DNA of 64,000 nucleotides from Octopus vulgaris (lineage: Eukaryota), in the NCBI GenBank assembly GCA_951406725.2, contig OX597818.1, positions 121,210,001-121,274,000 on the forward strand, read 5' to 3'. The stretch's first letter is position 1, and every line of letters begins with the position of its first letter. The notes under the pieces are model-generated. The model had not been told where the DNA came from. It saw nothing but the letters and a program-made list of their open reading frames with translations, and searched no databases. Below, piece by piece: positions 25,300 through 38,717 of this stretch. The translations under genes were made by a program, and so were the position numbers.

Positions 25300-26480
25300 C
25301 GACGTGGAAAGCATCTAGTCATCTTAGGGTCGAGGTGCGTTTTGTGACTGATCAGACCCGGAAGGTTCTCTGGCTGTGCGGACAAGGAATGGTGATAGTA
25401 GTTTAGGATTTGATAGCGCTCATTTTCCTGGCCTGGCTTCTTTGCTTTGCTGCAGCAATTCTGTTAGCGTTGCAAACTTGCTTTACTTTGCGGACAACTA
25501 ATCGTCACTTGCCTCTGCTTTGAGCTATCTGCTTCCATGATGCTGAAAGACCTTAGTAAAGGTTTTAAGGTATTTTTGAAGCGCTTTTTCTGGACTCCCT
25601 GAAAGCGTTTGTTTTGTTAGAGCTTCCATAAAATAGTTTCGCTGGGAGCCGGTAGTCTGGCATGCGTACTATATGGCCTACCCAGTGAAGCTGTGACTGC
25701 ATCAGAATGGTGTAGATGCTGGGTGGACAAGCACGATTGACTACCTTAGTGTCTGGGATTTTATCTTGCCACTTTCTGCCTGGAAGTCTGCTGAGGCAGA
25801 TAGTGTGGAAGTGCTTCAGTTTCCTTGCCTGACGCTTGTTGACCGTCTATTTTTCGCAGCCATAAAGTAAAGATGTGAGAACAATGGCTCGATACACCAT
25901 GGTCTTAATGGCCCAGTGGTTAGGGCAGCGGACTCGCGGTCGTAGGATCGCGGTTTCGATTCCCAGACCGGGCGTTGTGAGTGTTTATTGAGCGAAAACA
26001 CCTAAAGCTCCACGAGGCTCCGGCAGGGGATGGTGGTGATCCCTGCTGTACTCTTTCACCACAACTTTCTCTCACTCCTACTACCTGTTTCTGTTGTACC
26101 TGTATTTCAAAGGGCCGGCCTTGTCACTCTCTGTGTCACGCTGAATATCCCCGAGAACTACGTTAAGGGTACACGTGTCTGTGGAGTGCTCAGCCACATA
26201 CACGTTAATTTCACGAGTAGGCTGTTCCGTTGATTCGGATCAACCGGAACCCTCGTCGTCGTAACCGACGGAGTGCTTCCATGTTTACATCAATCGCTTT
26301 AGCGAGTCTGGCATTTAGTTCATCCTCAAAAACATTTGTGGAGAGTGTGCTTCCAAGGTATGTAAATTCATTCATTGCATTCTGTTGTTGCCCAATGATG
26401 GCAAGTTCAGTGTTAGGCATTACAGGAGTCGATTGATGTATTGCTTCTATCTTCTTTGCACTGATCGCGAGGCCGAAGTT
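25300..26480 (-). mobile_element. Decayed RTE LINE interrupted by SINE C (25903-26281)
   Basis: FTYLGSTLS...ELNARLAKA; WQDKIPD; QSQLHWVGHIVRMPDYRLP; KKRFKNTLK. Confidence 0.8.
25903..26281 (+). mobile_element. SINE family C (tRNA-derived head ggcccagtggttagggcagcggactcgcggtc)
   Basis: A/B boxes; copies at 53840-54223 and 55567-55885. Confidence 0.8.
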
Positions 26481-26694
26481 TTTTTATGAATATTGACTGA
26501 GGCTTGCAATATCAATATTGATAATAATGAAGAAATAAAATTACATTAATATAAACCTGTCGCGCCTCTTAAGAGTTACTAATTCGGTGTCAATTGCATC
26601 CTCAGTGACTGACTTATTTTCACTGTCATTAATGACCTAATTAATTTTCATCTTAACAACTAGACAGAGATGACAACAGGATTTTGTGTTATAA

Positions 26695-27087
26695 TCTCTC
26701 TCTATATAAAGCTGAAGTTATCTGTGTATGACAGGTTTGGTAGCCTTCAACTAATAGTATCTCCTCCGAGACCCTGCGGCGCAAGTTGACCAAAATTGAG
26801 AGTATGATAGAAGAAGGCTTGTTTTTCATTCCGTAGAAGAGAAAATTCGAATCCGACCATATCAATACCAAAAATTATTTACATCAAAAAGGTGCTTTTT
26901 TTCTATGAAAATCCTAATTTTTTTACGACTTTTTAACTGCTGTATCGCCATTTTTCGGCGTATTTCAACCAGAAAAATGTTCACTTAAAGAGAATAACAA
27001 GCTACATAATGCAAAATTTTTACTTTTCAAAAATTCCAATTCTAAAGGGTCGAAACAAACCCGAGCAACGCTGGGCGATATTGCAAG
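26695..27087 (+). mobile_element. Non-autonomous Helitron-like element (copy of 14533-14926)
   Basis: High similarity to the first copy; end decayed to CAAG. Confidence 0.75.
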
Positions 27088-27382
27088 TAAAGAGTAAAGT
27101 TAAAATCAAGGAAAGAATGTTTGGGATATGTTGTTGGTGTTGTCGTTTACCTTCTGTTCCCAGTCGTCTCTGGTTGAGTAGACATATGACAAAAGATATT
27201 TTAGACATGACATGACCAGCCCTTCTTATTTAGTTAGTGTGATCAGAGTGCATTCGGTAAAAGTGTCGCCTGTGATGGGGATTCTATGAAGTTTAAGGGC
27301 ACAAACCTTCTAATTGTGACACGCTTGTTCTTTTCTCTCTCCACTTTCTTCTCTCCCAGTTTTTCTAAGCATAAACCTAATA

Positions 27383-27764
27383 CACTCTTTTACTTATTTC
27401 ACTCATTTGACTGCGGCCATGCTGAAGCACCGCCTTTACTCGAGCAAATCAACACCAGGACTTGTTCTTTGTAAGCCTAGTACTTATTCTATCGGTCTCT
27501 TTTGCAGAACCGCTAAGTTACGGGGGCGTAAACACAGACCCACAAACATACACGCGCACGCGCACGCGCGCATATACGACGGGCTTTTTTTCAGTTTCCG
27601 TTTACCAAATCCACTCACAAGGCTTTGGTCAGCCTGAGGCTATAATAGAAGACACTTGCCCAAGGTGCCACGCAGTGGACTGAATCCGGAATCATATTGC
27701 TGGTAAGCAAGCTACTTACCACACAGACTTTCAAAATTCATCTTCGTGTTAGTTATAATTTTTA

Positions 27765-27830
<66 letters not shown>

Positions 27831-28071
27831 CCATACATAAAGGCGGCGAGCTGGTAGAAACGTTAGTACACCGGGTGAAATGCGTAGCCGTATTTCGTCT
27901 GCCGTTATGTTCTGAGTTCAAATTCCGCCGAGGTCGACTTCGCCTTTCATCCTTTCGGGGTCGATAAATTAAGTACCAGTTACGCACTGGGGTCGATATA
28001 ATCGACTTAATCCGTTTGTCTGTCCTTGTTTGTCCCCTCTGTGTTTAACCCCTTGTGGGTAGTAAAGAAAT
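27383..28071. mobile_element. SINE B (-, 27383-27728) and SINE A (+, 27839-28071)
   Basis: Homology to the family consensus seen elsewhere in the window. Confidence 0.8.
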
Positions 28072-29690
28072 ATATATATAACCACTCACCATGCGGTTGG
28101 AATTAGTTTTTCCTCATTTTAAAGTATGTTCAACCCTTTGTTACAACACACTGCAAAGATGCTCAGCTGAGTACAGTATAGTAAAATAGTTCCATTTAAG
28201 TCGGCTACAGATCATCAGATCAGTGATCAAATGTCGGGTTGGATGCTTTACAGTATTGCAAGTTCTCTTCTAAAACATTTTGAGCTGAAATTAATAATGA
28301 GGGGGTTGAGATAGGGTGAAAGATGAGACTGTCACGTTTCTGCTGCCTCCTCCCCGGGGTATTATCGAAGTAACTAGAGTGAAATAGCTATATATTTAAC
28401 GACCAGATTGTTTCTCGTTTCTCGTCTAGTGTTTCTTCATAAATATTGTTTCTTGTACATTAGACTTTTCACTCAAAATTAATATTTCCTTTTTTTATTC
28501 AAAAAAAAAAAAAATCACCATTTTCATTCCCGCTGTTAATTTTAAAGTAAATAAATATTGAATTTAATGATAAAACATTTTCATCATTCGCTTAACCCTC
28601 TTCCTACGGAAATCAGATATAGCCACTCAAAAATTTCATTACCCTTAACTGCAGAAGCAGCTACCCCTAACTGCAGATATCAATCTATCTTTTATTGAGG
28701 AAAGTCATGTGTGAAACTAGTCTTTGTTGTAATATATCAAGGTTACTGATTTAAAGTAACTTGCAGAAAATACAAATTCTTGTTTTGTTAGATATTTAAT
28801 ATCATTACTGGAATAAGAATGAAATTTAATTTCGCAATTTAATAATTGTTAGGGTTTCAGGTCGAAACTAAAATTTTTCATTTTTAATTTTTTTTCTCCT
28901 TAAATAAAAATATTTCTTTTAAAACAGCGACGAGCAACCATTGCTTTCCCGCAAGGAGAGCAAGTTTATCAGAGAGCGCAGACGTCGTAGCTGTAGTCGT
29001 CATTTGCTGTTTAGGCGTAGAGTTCATGTTTGGAACTTGCAGTTCGACAAACAGATCGATAAAATACGTACCAGGCTTAATAAGTACTGAGGTTGCTATG
29101 ATCGACTAAAACTTTGAAGACGGTGCTCCAGTATGACCATAGTTTAATGATTGAAACCAGTAAAAGAATAAAAAATAGACACAAATAAAACGTTGGTGCA
29201 GCGAATTTTATGCAGGTTCAATGGTGTTATGGTGATCAATTTTTATAGAAGTTCTTCTTTGAATATAATCATGGCGTGGGTGTATGGTTAAGAAGTTTGC
29301 TTCCCAACCATATGGTCTTGAGTTCAGTCCCATTTCGCGTCAGCTTGGACAAGTGTTTTCGACTATAGCTCTGGGCCGACCAAAGTCATCTGAGTGGATT
29401 CGGGAGGTGTAGCTGTAAAAAAGCCCATCGAATGTGACATGTGTGTGCTTTTGTGTTTGTGTCTGTCCTCCCAACCACTTGATGACCGCTGCTGGTTTGT
29501 TTACGTCCACGTTACTTAGCGGCTCGGCAAAAGAAAACGATACGATAAGTACGATAATTAAAAAAAAAATGTAAATACTGCGGTCGATTTGTAAGACTAA
29601 CACATTTCGAGGCGGTGCTGGGCCACAAAAAATTTTTGTGAGGCCTTCATCTAGCCGATGTGGATCTCTTTGTGTATCAATGGTCTAAAT

Positions 29691-30933
29691 CAGTGGTTTT
29701 CAGCCATTTTTGCCGATGGACCCCTTTCATTCATATTTTCCTCTACTGGATCTCCTTTCGATGTATATATGAAAATATCCAACTGCATTTATATAATTAG
29801 ATATTATTAGGAACTGAATAAAAAAAACTGTAGAAATATAAGCTATTTATCTATATAATTATGTTTGTTGTTTGTTTGTTTGTTCCTTCTCGAGCCACTC
29901 TTGGCTCATAAGGGCCGGTTTCCCGGTTTCCTTGGCGTATAGGTTCCCCACCTGGACGGGACACCGGTCCGTCGCAGGTGAGCTGCAAGATGCAGGAGGA
30001 AAGAGTGAGAGAAAGTTGTGGCGAATGAGTCAGCAGAAGTTCGCCATTACTTTATGCCGGTGCTTAGGTGTTTCGCTCATAAATACACACATCGCCCGGT
30101 CTAAGATTCGAACCCGCGATCTCTCGACCGCGAGTCCGCTGCTCTAACCACTAGGCCATGTGCCTCCACTATATGATTATAAATAAGAGCAAAAGAAAAA
30201 AAAATTATGTCAATATGCTGAAAAATAGACTTTATATCGTCCAATCACAATATTTTTCACAATAAATGCACAACGTATTTATAGTGAAAAATATTGTATA
30301 AAGGTCCATTTTTCAGTATATTGGCATATAAATTTTGTTTTCTTTTGCCCTTATTTATGATTGTTCATAATTTTCACCTTAAAAGGTCACCGATTAAAAT
30401 TTTTTTGAAAAAATTTTATCCTTATATAAAAAAGTCTATCTATATAGTACAAAAACTGTATTGCTTGCTTGCATTCTTGCTTGCGTGCGTGCTTGTCAGT
30501 AATTCAATGCAGCCAAACTGGCGCATAATGGGAAAATACTCTGAAAGTAAGGTACCCCTAAAATGTGATTACAAACGGAATAAAACCGTAGATTCCTGAG
30601 ATAATCAGGCTTTTTGTTTTGGTTTGTTTCTACAAATTTAAGCAGCGAAACCTGGAGTTATTGCCCTTTACTGTGAACACCTATAAAAATAGCCAAACCA
30701 GCACATAATGGGAAATACTTTGAAAGTAAGGTACCATTGAAATGTGAATACAAACGGAATAAAACAAGTTTCGCGTAAATCGGACCATACGTTCCCAAGA
30801 TACGCGCTTTTTCGGGTACCTTGAACTATTGGTGACCCAACGGGTCACAAGTAGTCTAGATGCTCATAAATTCTAACAGTAAAATCTCATATGGAATCCT
30901 AAGGGTCACATGGACTCTGGATGAGAACCACTG
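29691..30933. mobile_element. hAT (Charlie-like) non-autonomous element with nested SINE (29863-30168, -) and Helitron-like element (30435-30859)
   Basis: TIR cagtggttttca / tgagaaccactg; perfect 8-bp TSD gtctaaat at 29683-29690 and 30934-30941. Confidence 0.85.
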
Positions 30934-33008
30934 GTCTAAATAGTGTTCTCTTTGAAAGTGAGTTTAATTTTATTTTCTGGAAGCTATCTTTGTTGTATCG
31001 TTGGGAGAGAGTTTGAATCTATTATCTCCCCTTTCGTCAGTCTCACGATCGAGTTATTACTATGTTTTCCACGTTCAGCGTTATTTTATCAATGGCTGGT
31101 CAACTCGATTGGTTAGTAGTTGAAAACCAGGATCTCTTACTCTACCTATTATAACATCATTGAGAAATTGAACTCAGTAATGCAAGCTAATAAAACACTT
31201 GTCAATTATACAGTGCAGTAAGGCGGCGAGCTGGCAGAATCGTTAGCACGTCGGGAAAAATGCTTAGCGGCATTTCGTCCTTCTTCATGTTCGAGTTCAA
31301 ATTCCACCGAGGTTGACTTTGCCTTTAATCCTTTCGGAGTCAATAAAATATGTTCCAGTTGAGCACTGGGGTCGATGTAAACGACTTATCTTCTCAGCCG
31401 AATTAGCTGGCCTTATGCCAAAATTTGAAATCTGTTACACAGTCCGGTAAAAACCAGAGTTTATTGAGAGGATAAATGCTGAGAGACAATTCTTTTGGTT
31501 TTATGTTCTGAGTTCAAATCACGCCGAAGTTAACTTTGCTTTTCGTCTTTCGAGATCGATAAAATAAGTACTTATCTCTTCCCCTAAACTAACTGGTCCT
31601 GTGAAAACTTTCTAAGAATTACACAGTGCTGTTCTGCGGGATCTCTCAAATTACTGAACATAGCTGCCAAATTCCCTCAAATTACATACAGCCATTTAAG
31701 GAAAAAAAAAAAGAACGTACAGGGCAATATTAGTTTCAAATTTTAGCACAAGGCCAGTAATATCGAGGAGTAAGTCGATTACATAGACCCCAGTGCTCAA
31801 CTGGTACTTATTTTATCGAACTCGAAAGGATGAAAAGTCGGCCTCGACGGGATTTGAACTCAGAGCATAAAGACGGACGAAATGCCGCTAAGCATTTTGT
31901 CCGGCACGCTAACTGTTCTGTCAGCTCGCCGACTTAGCATATTGAATGATATTAGTCGCTGATAAAGGAAAATACCGAGTATAACTTGAATGTCATCAGA
32001 GTTTATTGAGAGGATAAACAATAATGGCGTGTTGTTGTTTCTACTCAATGGTGCCTATTTCATCTAGGTGAACTGGACTCTTTGAGAACTCACTGACACA
32101 ACTTTTCACCGACACAACTGTGACACGATATTAACTGCTGACATTTAGTCTGGTTACCTAATATCCTATCAACTCAGCTCTCTGCACTTGTCTTACCACC
32201 GTAGTTTCAGAAATAGGCCTATCAGATGTCACACTTGGAAAAAAAAAAAAAGAACTGGTGGAAAAAATCAAAGCCACTGTAGACACTACGTCTGATTATG
32301 TAATATCCCGTCAACCCAGCCGTCTGCACTTGTTTTGCCACTGCAGCTTCAGAAATAGGCCAATGTGATATGTCACATTACGAAAAAATATCTGTGAATG
32401 GAAATATCAAATCCAACAGAGATATTTTGCTTAGTGGTTCCAAAACTAAATATAGTCATTAATTCTTAGATTAGCATTGAAAAACTTAAGCGGTGGTGAG
32501 AAAGCATGTAAAATCAATGGAGTTAGCTCTGAAGGTGGAAACTATTTATCAGAAATTTCTCTTATCTTTTACTTCAGAAATTTTTAATTCATGGAGGTTA
32601 GATACATAGATAGATTGATAGATAGATGGATAGAAGGTGGGTAGATTGGTAGGTGGATCGACGGTTAGACAGATGGGTAGCTACATAGCCAGAACCTACA
32701 TGTGGCATGTAATCTGTGGATAGCCTTGTTACTAGTTGTAAGGTTAAGTTTAATCACATAAGCACTTGGACAGTGACTATGCTGAGGCTAATGTGAAGCA
32801 CTCCCTTGAAGGGTTTTAATCGAACAAATCGGCCTCACGACTTACTTTTTCGAAGTCTGGCACCTGTTCTATCAGTCTCTTTGACCGAAACGCTAAGTCA
32901 TGAGAACGTAAACAAACCAAAGCAGGTTGTCAAGTGGTGTGGGACAAACAAAAGAAAAAGCACACGTTATATATATATATATATATATATATATGACTGA
33001 CTCGTTTT

Positions 33009-33055
<47 letters not shown>

Positions 33056-33056
<1 letters not shown>

Positions 33057-35639
33057 TAGCAGTAATACCCGTCGTTCATCGGATAATTACTTTTACTCTT
33101 TCTCAGGAGTCACATTCAAAGTATTATTATTATATATAATAGATTTCTCAACGGGGATTTCAGGGGAGAGTTTCAAGGAGTCGCTGGCGATGTATCGTGA
33201 TGATAAAAAATCCGGCCTGCTAAAATTTGGTTAAAGTGATTCAAACTGCAGACTCAACGCAAAATGGTCACATCTAATTCAAAGCGTTAAAAATGTTATG
33301 AAAACAATTGGTATGTGTTCACAAAGTCCAAACGATTAATACGAAAAAACCTTCCAGGCTACATCCCGAAAATTCATTTCTTTGCCGAATTTCTACAATG
33401 TTTACGGCGATTCGTTTTTATATCTTGATTTTTTATTTTTCATGCAATTTACGCATGCTTGCACGCATGGTGAACACAGTTCAAGTCAAACAGCTGACTG
33501 AGTAAAGTTCACTATTCAATGCATGGGATAAGGCCTAAACAAACACATTATCGATTTTTGCACTTGCGAGATGAATTTCGGAACAAAAATAGCGCAGTTC
33601 AATTTTCATTCGCCTAAACTTTAAGTGACCCATTTTTGGTGGTTCTACGATTTGTTGGCTAGGAGATGTGCCGGGAAGTTAAACACACAAAAATCTGGAT
33701 TCGACTGCAGCTTTTGAGGTGTACAAAACTCAACGAGACCGAGCCGTGAAAATTGAAAAGAAAGAACGCTTCAGTTACGAATACAAAATCGCGGCAAATG
33801 CCAGTAGCAATCCAAAAACCTTCTTTGCCCATGTCCAGCGGAATTCCCGCTTGAACAACCAGATTGCAACGTTGGTAGACTCAACAGGCGTATCGATTGA
33901 GGACCCTTATCAACAGAGTCAATTATTTGCCGAGGCTTTTTCAACTATTTTCAAACAAGATGATGGTCGTGAACCCCCTCCATTTGATAGATCGGTACCT
34001 CCAATGCTTCGATTGGTCATCACGCGGGACGGAGTCAAACGTGTTATTCAAGGCCTCGATGTCAACAAAGGTCACGCCCCTGACGGCATACACCCACGGG
34101 TTATCAAAGCGTTGGCTCCGGTCATCTGCGAGCCCTTAACACGACTATTCAATATGTCATTGGTGACGGGTGTTATACCTGCAGACTGGAGAACAGCGAT
34201 AATCTGCCCAATTTTCAAGAAAGGGAGCCGCGAAGACCCGCTTAACTACCGACCGGTTTCCCTTACATCAATTATCAGCAAGATGTTCGAAACCATCCTT
34301 AAGAAAAGTATGATGCTCCACCTCCTTAACACAGCCTCTATCTCTGATTCCCAACACGGCTTCGTGCCGAAGAGATCATGCTTGACCAACCTACTAGTAA
34401 TGGAAGAATTGGTGACGCGCATCCTCGATGATAGTGATGCTGTTGACATCGTTTTACTGGACATTGCCAAAGCTTTTGACTCGGTAAACCACCGCCTATT
34501 GCTTGTCAAGCTTCAAGCATATAGTTTCCATCCGGATATTGTACGATGGGTTGGTGCCTTCCTCTCAGATCGCTCCTTCCAAGTCCAAGTTAATGGTTCG
34601 CGGTCCGACGTCTCCAGTGCGAGCAGTGGCGTGCCTCAAGGTTCAGTGCTTGGGCCCTTGTTGTTCTTAGTCTTCATAAATGACTTGCCCGACGACCTCA
34701 CGCAACACACCCTTCTATTTGCCGACGATATCAAACTGGTCGCTCCTCGCGGTAATATAGAGGATCTTCGTCGATGCCTCCACCAAATTTGGAAGTGGTC
34801 TAACAATTGGGACCTGTGTCTGAACGTGTCAAAGTGCTGTCATCTGCCTGTCGGCTCTACTCCTGCAACTCAACTTGATTTCGAGCCGGATCGTCTGCTA
34901 CTGGAGAGGACCGATCAGGTAAAGGACCTAGGTATCTTGGTGGATTCCTCCTTTTCGCCTTCGGCCCAGTGCGTCCATGCTGCCAACAAAGCACGCGGAA
35001 TTCTGTTCTTGATTCGACGGTCATTCGGAATGCTCACAGCAGCCATATTCCTACCACTCTATGTCACGCTGGTGAGACCCATATTGGAGTATGGGATTCA
35101 AGCCTCTTCTCCTTATCTCCTCAAAGACATACAGCATCTCGAAAGAGTCCAGAAGCTGGCTACCCGCATGGTTCATGGCCTCAAAAATTTGTCCTACGAA
35201 GAAAGGCTGAGGACGCTCGACCTTTATTCTCTTGAAAAACGCCGCCGCCGTGGTGATCTCATTCTCGCCCACAACATCATAAGCGGAAAGTATAACCTCT
35301 CGAAAGAGCTGTTCTTCACTCCTGCTCCAGAGCGTCGGCTGCGGGGTCATTCCGAAAAGCTCTACCTGCGACGATTTCATCTCAATCGAAGGAGAGGAGC
35401 TTTCTCCGTCCGGGTTGCGGATCCGTGGAACAAGCTGCCAGACGAGATGGTGAAGATGCCGACGACCGCTTTGTTCAAAGCCTCCCTTGACCTCAAGTGG
35501 CCTGAACTCTTTACATGAACACCACCCTGTACTTAACTCCATGTCCCCCTACATGGCCTTGCTATTTGCTTTTGAGCCAAATTAACTAACTAACTAACTA
35601 ACTAACACAGATACACAAATTGAGTTTTATATATATAGA
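33056..35639 (-). mobile_element. Helitron-like element split by a CR1 LINE insertion
   Basis: On the - strand: A|TCtatatatataaaac start at 35639, hairpin ccgatgaacgacggg, CTAG|T end at 33056. Confidence 0.65.
33689..35605 (+). mobile_element. 5'-truncated CR1-group LINE with uninterrupted RT ORF (33719-35518, 599 aa)
   Basis: NYRPVSLTS, QHGF, DIAKAFDSV, GVPQGSVLGPLLF, FADD, LVRPILEY and YEERL motifs; (TAAC)n tail; short aacaca TSD. Confidence 0.92.
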
Positions 35640-36059
35640 TATATGACGGACTTCCCCCAAAATCCGAAAAAACGCGGTTGTAAAACCGGTTTTTCAGCCA
35701 TATACCCGATTTAGTCTCTGATTCCTAACACTGAAAACTAACGACCGCATCTCATTGTTTAGCGATCAAAGGCGTTCAAATTGTGACCATCCCGATTTTT
35801 AATATATTTTAGAATATTTGATATTTCTCTTTGTCTTTTTATTAAGTTAGGCTCACGCATGCTTTGGGTTCAGTCGCACTGTATGTCCCATTGGGTAAGC
35901 GTCTTTTATTATAGCCCAAGGCTAAGCAATGCCTTAGCTCGTCCTATATATATATATAAATGACGAGCTTTCATATGGTTTCCATCTACTAAATTCAATC
36001 ACAAGGCATATATAATTGATAATATATATATAATTGATAATAAATATATAATTGATAAT

Positions 36060-36635
36060 AAAACGAGTGGTTTACACCTGGTAGCTTACTAGTAAAGCAC
36101 GGTCACTTTCAGAGTGATCGTTAGGTATATAACAAATGAATGACAGAAGATGGAATATACATGAATACATTATTAATCACAACAATTGCTTCGACACATC
36201 TAGCATCTTGTGGGACACACAAAAACTGGTTCAGGAGTATCCGGTGGTGCAGACGTATCTCGTTGGGTGATAAATAAAAAAAAAAAATCTCGTTAAAATG
36301 ACAGTTCCATAATGCAACTTTTTGTTTTGTAGAGAGAAAAATAGCCAGACGGAGGAAAATTCTTCATATATATAGAAAATCCAAAAATAACACTTTTATC
36401 GCTGGATTAAGTGTTCATTTCTCTTTTCGTTTTCTGCAATTTTATTTTTGGATCTTCTATATATATAAAGAATTTTCCTCCGTCTGGCTGTTTTTCTCTC
36501 TACAAAACGAAAAATTGCATTATGGAATTGTCATTTTAACGAAAATTTTTATTTATTTATCACCCAACGAGATACGCTTGCACCACCGGATACTTCTGTA
36601 CAAGTTTTTGCGTGTCTCACAAGAGGAGTCGATGC
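36060..36635. mobile_element. Foldback Penelope-like repeat (arms ~36200-36390 and 36441-36635) with decayed hammerhead
   Basis: Inverted arms adjacent to (TA)n; hammerhead-like core at 36176-36271 (-). Confidence 0.6.
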
Positions 36636-36925
<290 letters not shown>

Positions 36926-38278
36926 CTTATGTGTCTACTTGTCGCCCCAGCTTCGCTTGACAACCGATGCTGGTGTGTTTACGTCCCCGTAATCAAGCGG
37001 TTCGGCGAAATAGAGCGATAGAAAAAGTACTAGGCTTACAAAGAATAAATCCTGGGGTCGATTTGCTCGACTAAAATGGCGGTGCTCCAGCATGACAGCG
37101 GTCAAATAACTGAAACGAATAAAAGAATTTATGTAGCGAATAGCTTCCATGATTATGGGCCAGGATTCGAAAACTAATCTACGTTTTTCTACCTGTTCCT
37201 TTCCTTTTGTTTTCAACTTTTGCGCTTAGAAATTTATGAGGGTCAGCTGTCACACTTCGATAGGTTCTACTGTTTAAGCTAACATCTTTGGGCTAAAGAC
37301 AGACCAAAATAGATAGCCTCATTATTTTCCATTTTTCTCTGACCTACATCCAGTTTTCCAATATATATAAATGCAGTAACCAAATTCAGTTCTTCCTGCC
37401 TTCTTTCGGCACCGACAGAGGAAGCACTTTATGCAAGGGACTTCACAGCTGTTACCCACTCTGTGTAGATTCTTTTACTCTTTTACTTCCTTTTGTTTCC
37501 ACTACTCTTCTAGCAGTCAACAAAAGATGAATTTAACTTCCCATAGAATGGATAACAGAACGGCAAAAAATTTGTATATTAACAGCTCGAGGAAAGAAGT
37601 TATATCTACATTGTAACGATTAAAATAAAGGGGCATTTCAATTAATGATAGTTCTCTTCTTTCCATTTATTCGGTGCATATGATCGATATATATATATAA
37701 CATTATCGAACACCCATACGCAATGTATGTGTTTTGCTTATACTCCGCCGGTCGGCTGCGATTTGACACGGAGGATGTGACCCTCTCAAAGTACCGCATG
37801 TTAAAACGCCTAAAAACCATAACCATAGACAAGCGAGATAACTCACTCCAAGTCCCATTAAAGAGTGACGGATATCCATGTTTTGCCATTTCTGCGGCTT
37901 ATTAACATCACGTACCTGAACCGGACCGGTGGCATATTTTATAGCCTGTCCATAGCTACATGTAAGTTGGTACAAAAACCATCTGATGGTATGCCATAGA
38001 ACGATGCATACTTAGGAATAAACTGAAATATGAATTAGGAGCAGCACGAATGTTGTAAACAATATCGAACACACATACACAATAATATATATTTTGTGTG
38101 TGTGTGTATGTATATATATATGTATATATATATACATGTATATATATATGTATATATATATATGTATATATGTATGTATATGTATATATATATGTAACAA
38201 AGTGGAGTTGTAAGGTACCGCACGAGTGGAATTATATATGAAAGAAGGTTTGAAAATGCAATTTTAAAAGATGTGTAT

Positions 38279-38326
38279 TTACTTGACCGGTTTCACTTTT
38301 TTTTAGAAAAAGATTGTCAAAAGTAA
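38279..38326 (-). ncRNA. Minimal type I hammerhead ribozyme motif, U3-A8 variant
   Basis: uuacuu UUGACAA u cuuuuu-cuaaa-aaaaag u GAA A-ccgg-U C aaguaa. Confidence 0.6.
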
Positions 38327-38717
38327 CATGTAAAAGCTTTGTTGTGTTAGGTACTGGTTGTCACAAAATATTACAATACATATATACATTCTTTGATAAT
38401 AATAAGAACATGTTAAAAATAGTTTACAAGGGAAAATCTTTGGAAAATATAAAAAAATTTGACGAGTTCATTAAAATATTGGGTGCAAAAGATTACAATA
38501 CATATATACATTCTTTGATAATAATAAGAAAATGTTAAAAACAGTTTACAGAAAGAATTATTAAAAAGTTATAAATTATAAGAAAATTATAAGTTCAAAA
38601 AGGTCACATTTTGGTGGTATATAAATGAACAATGAGGGAGATATATTTAGTTTGAACTGACCTGATTCACCATATTATCGTAATATTACCATATAACTAG
38701 AGTTAAACGAAGTTAAA

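Noticed and set aside
25903-25975. tRNA-like sequence with A/B boxes (also 30095-30168 and 53840-53915)
   Set aside because: No closing acceptor stem, and it continues into a repeated SINE body: a SINE head, not a tRNA gene.
37680-38000. GC-richer island near (TA)n examined for ribozyme cores
   Set aside because: No consistent hammerhead or HDV-like fold could be built by eye.
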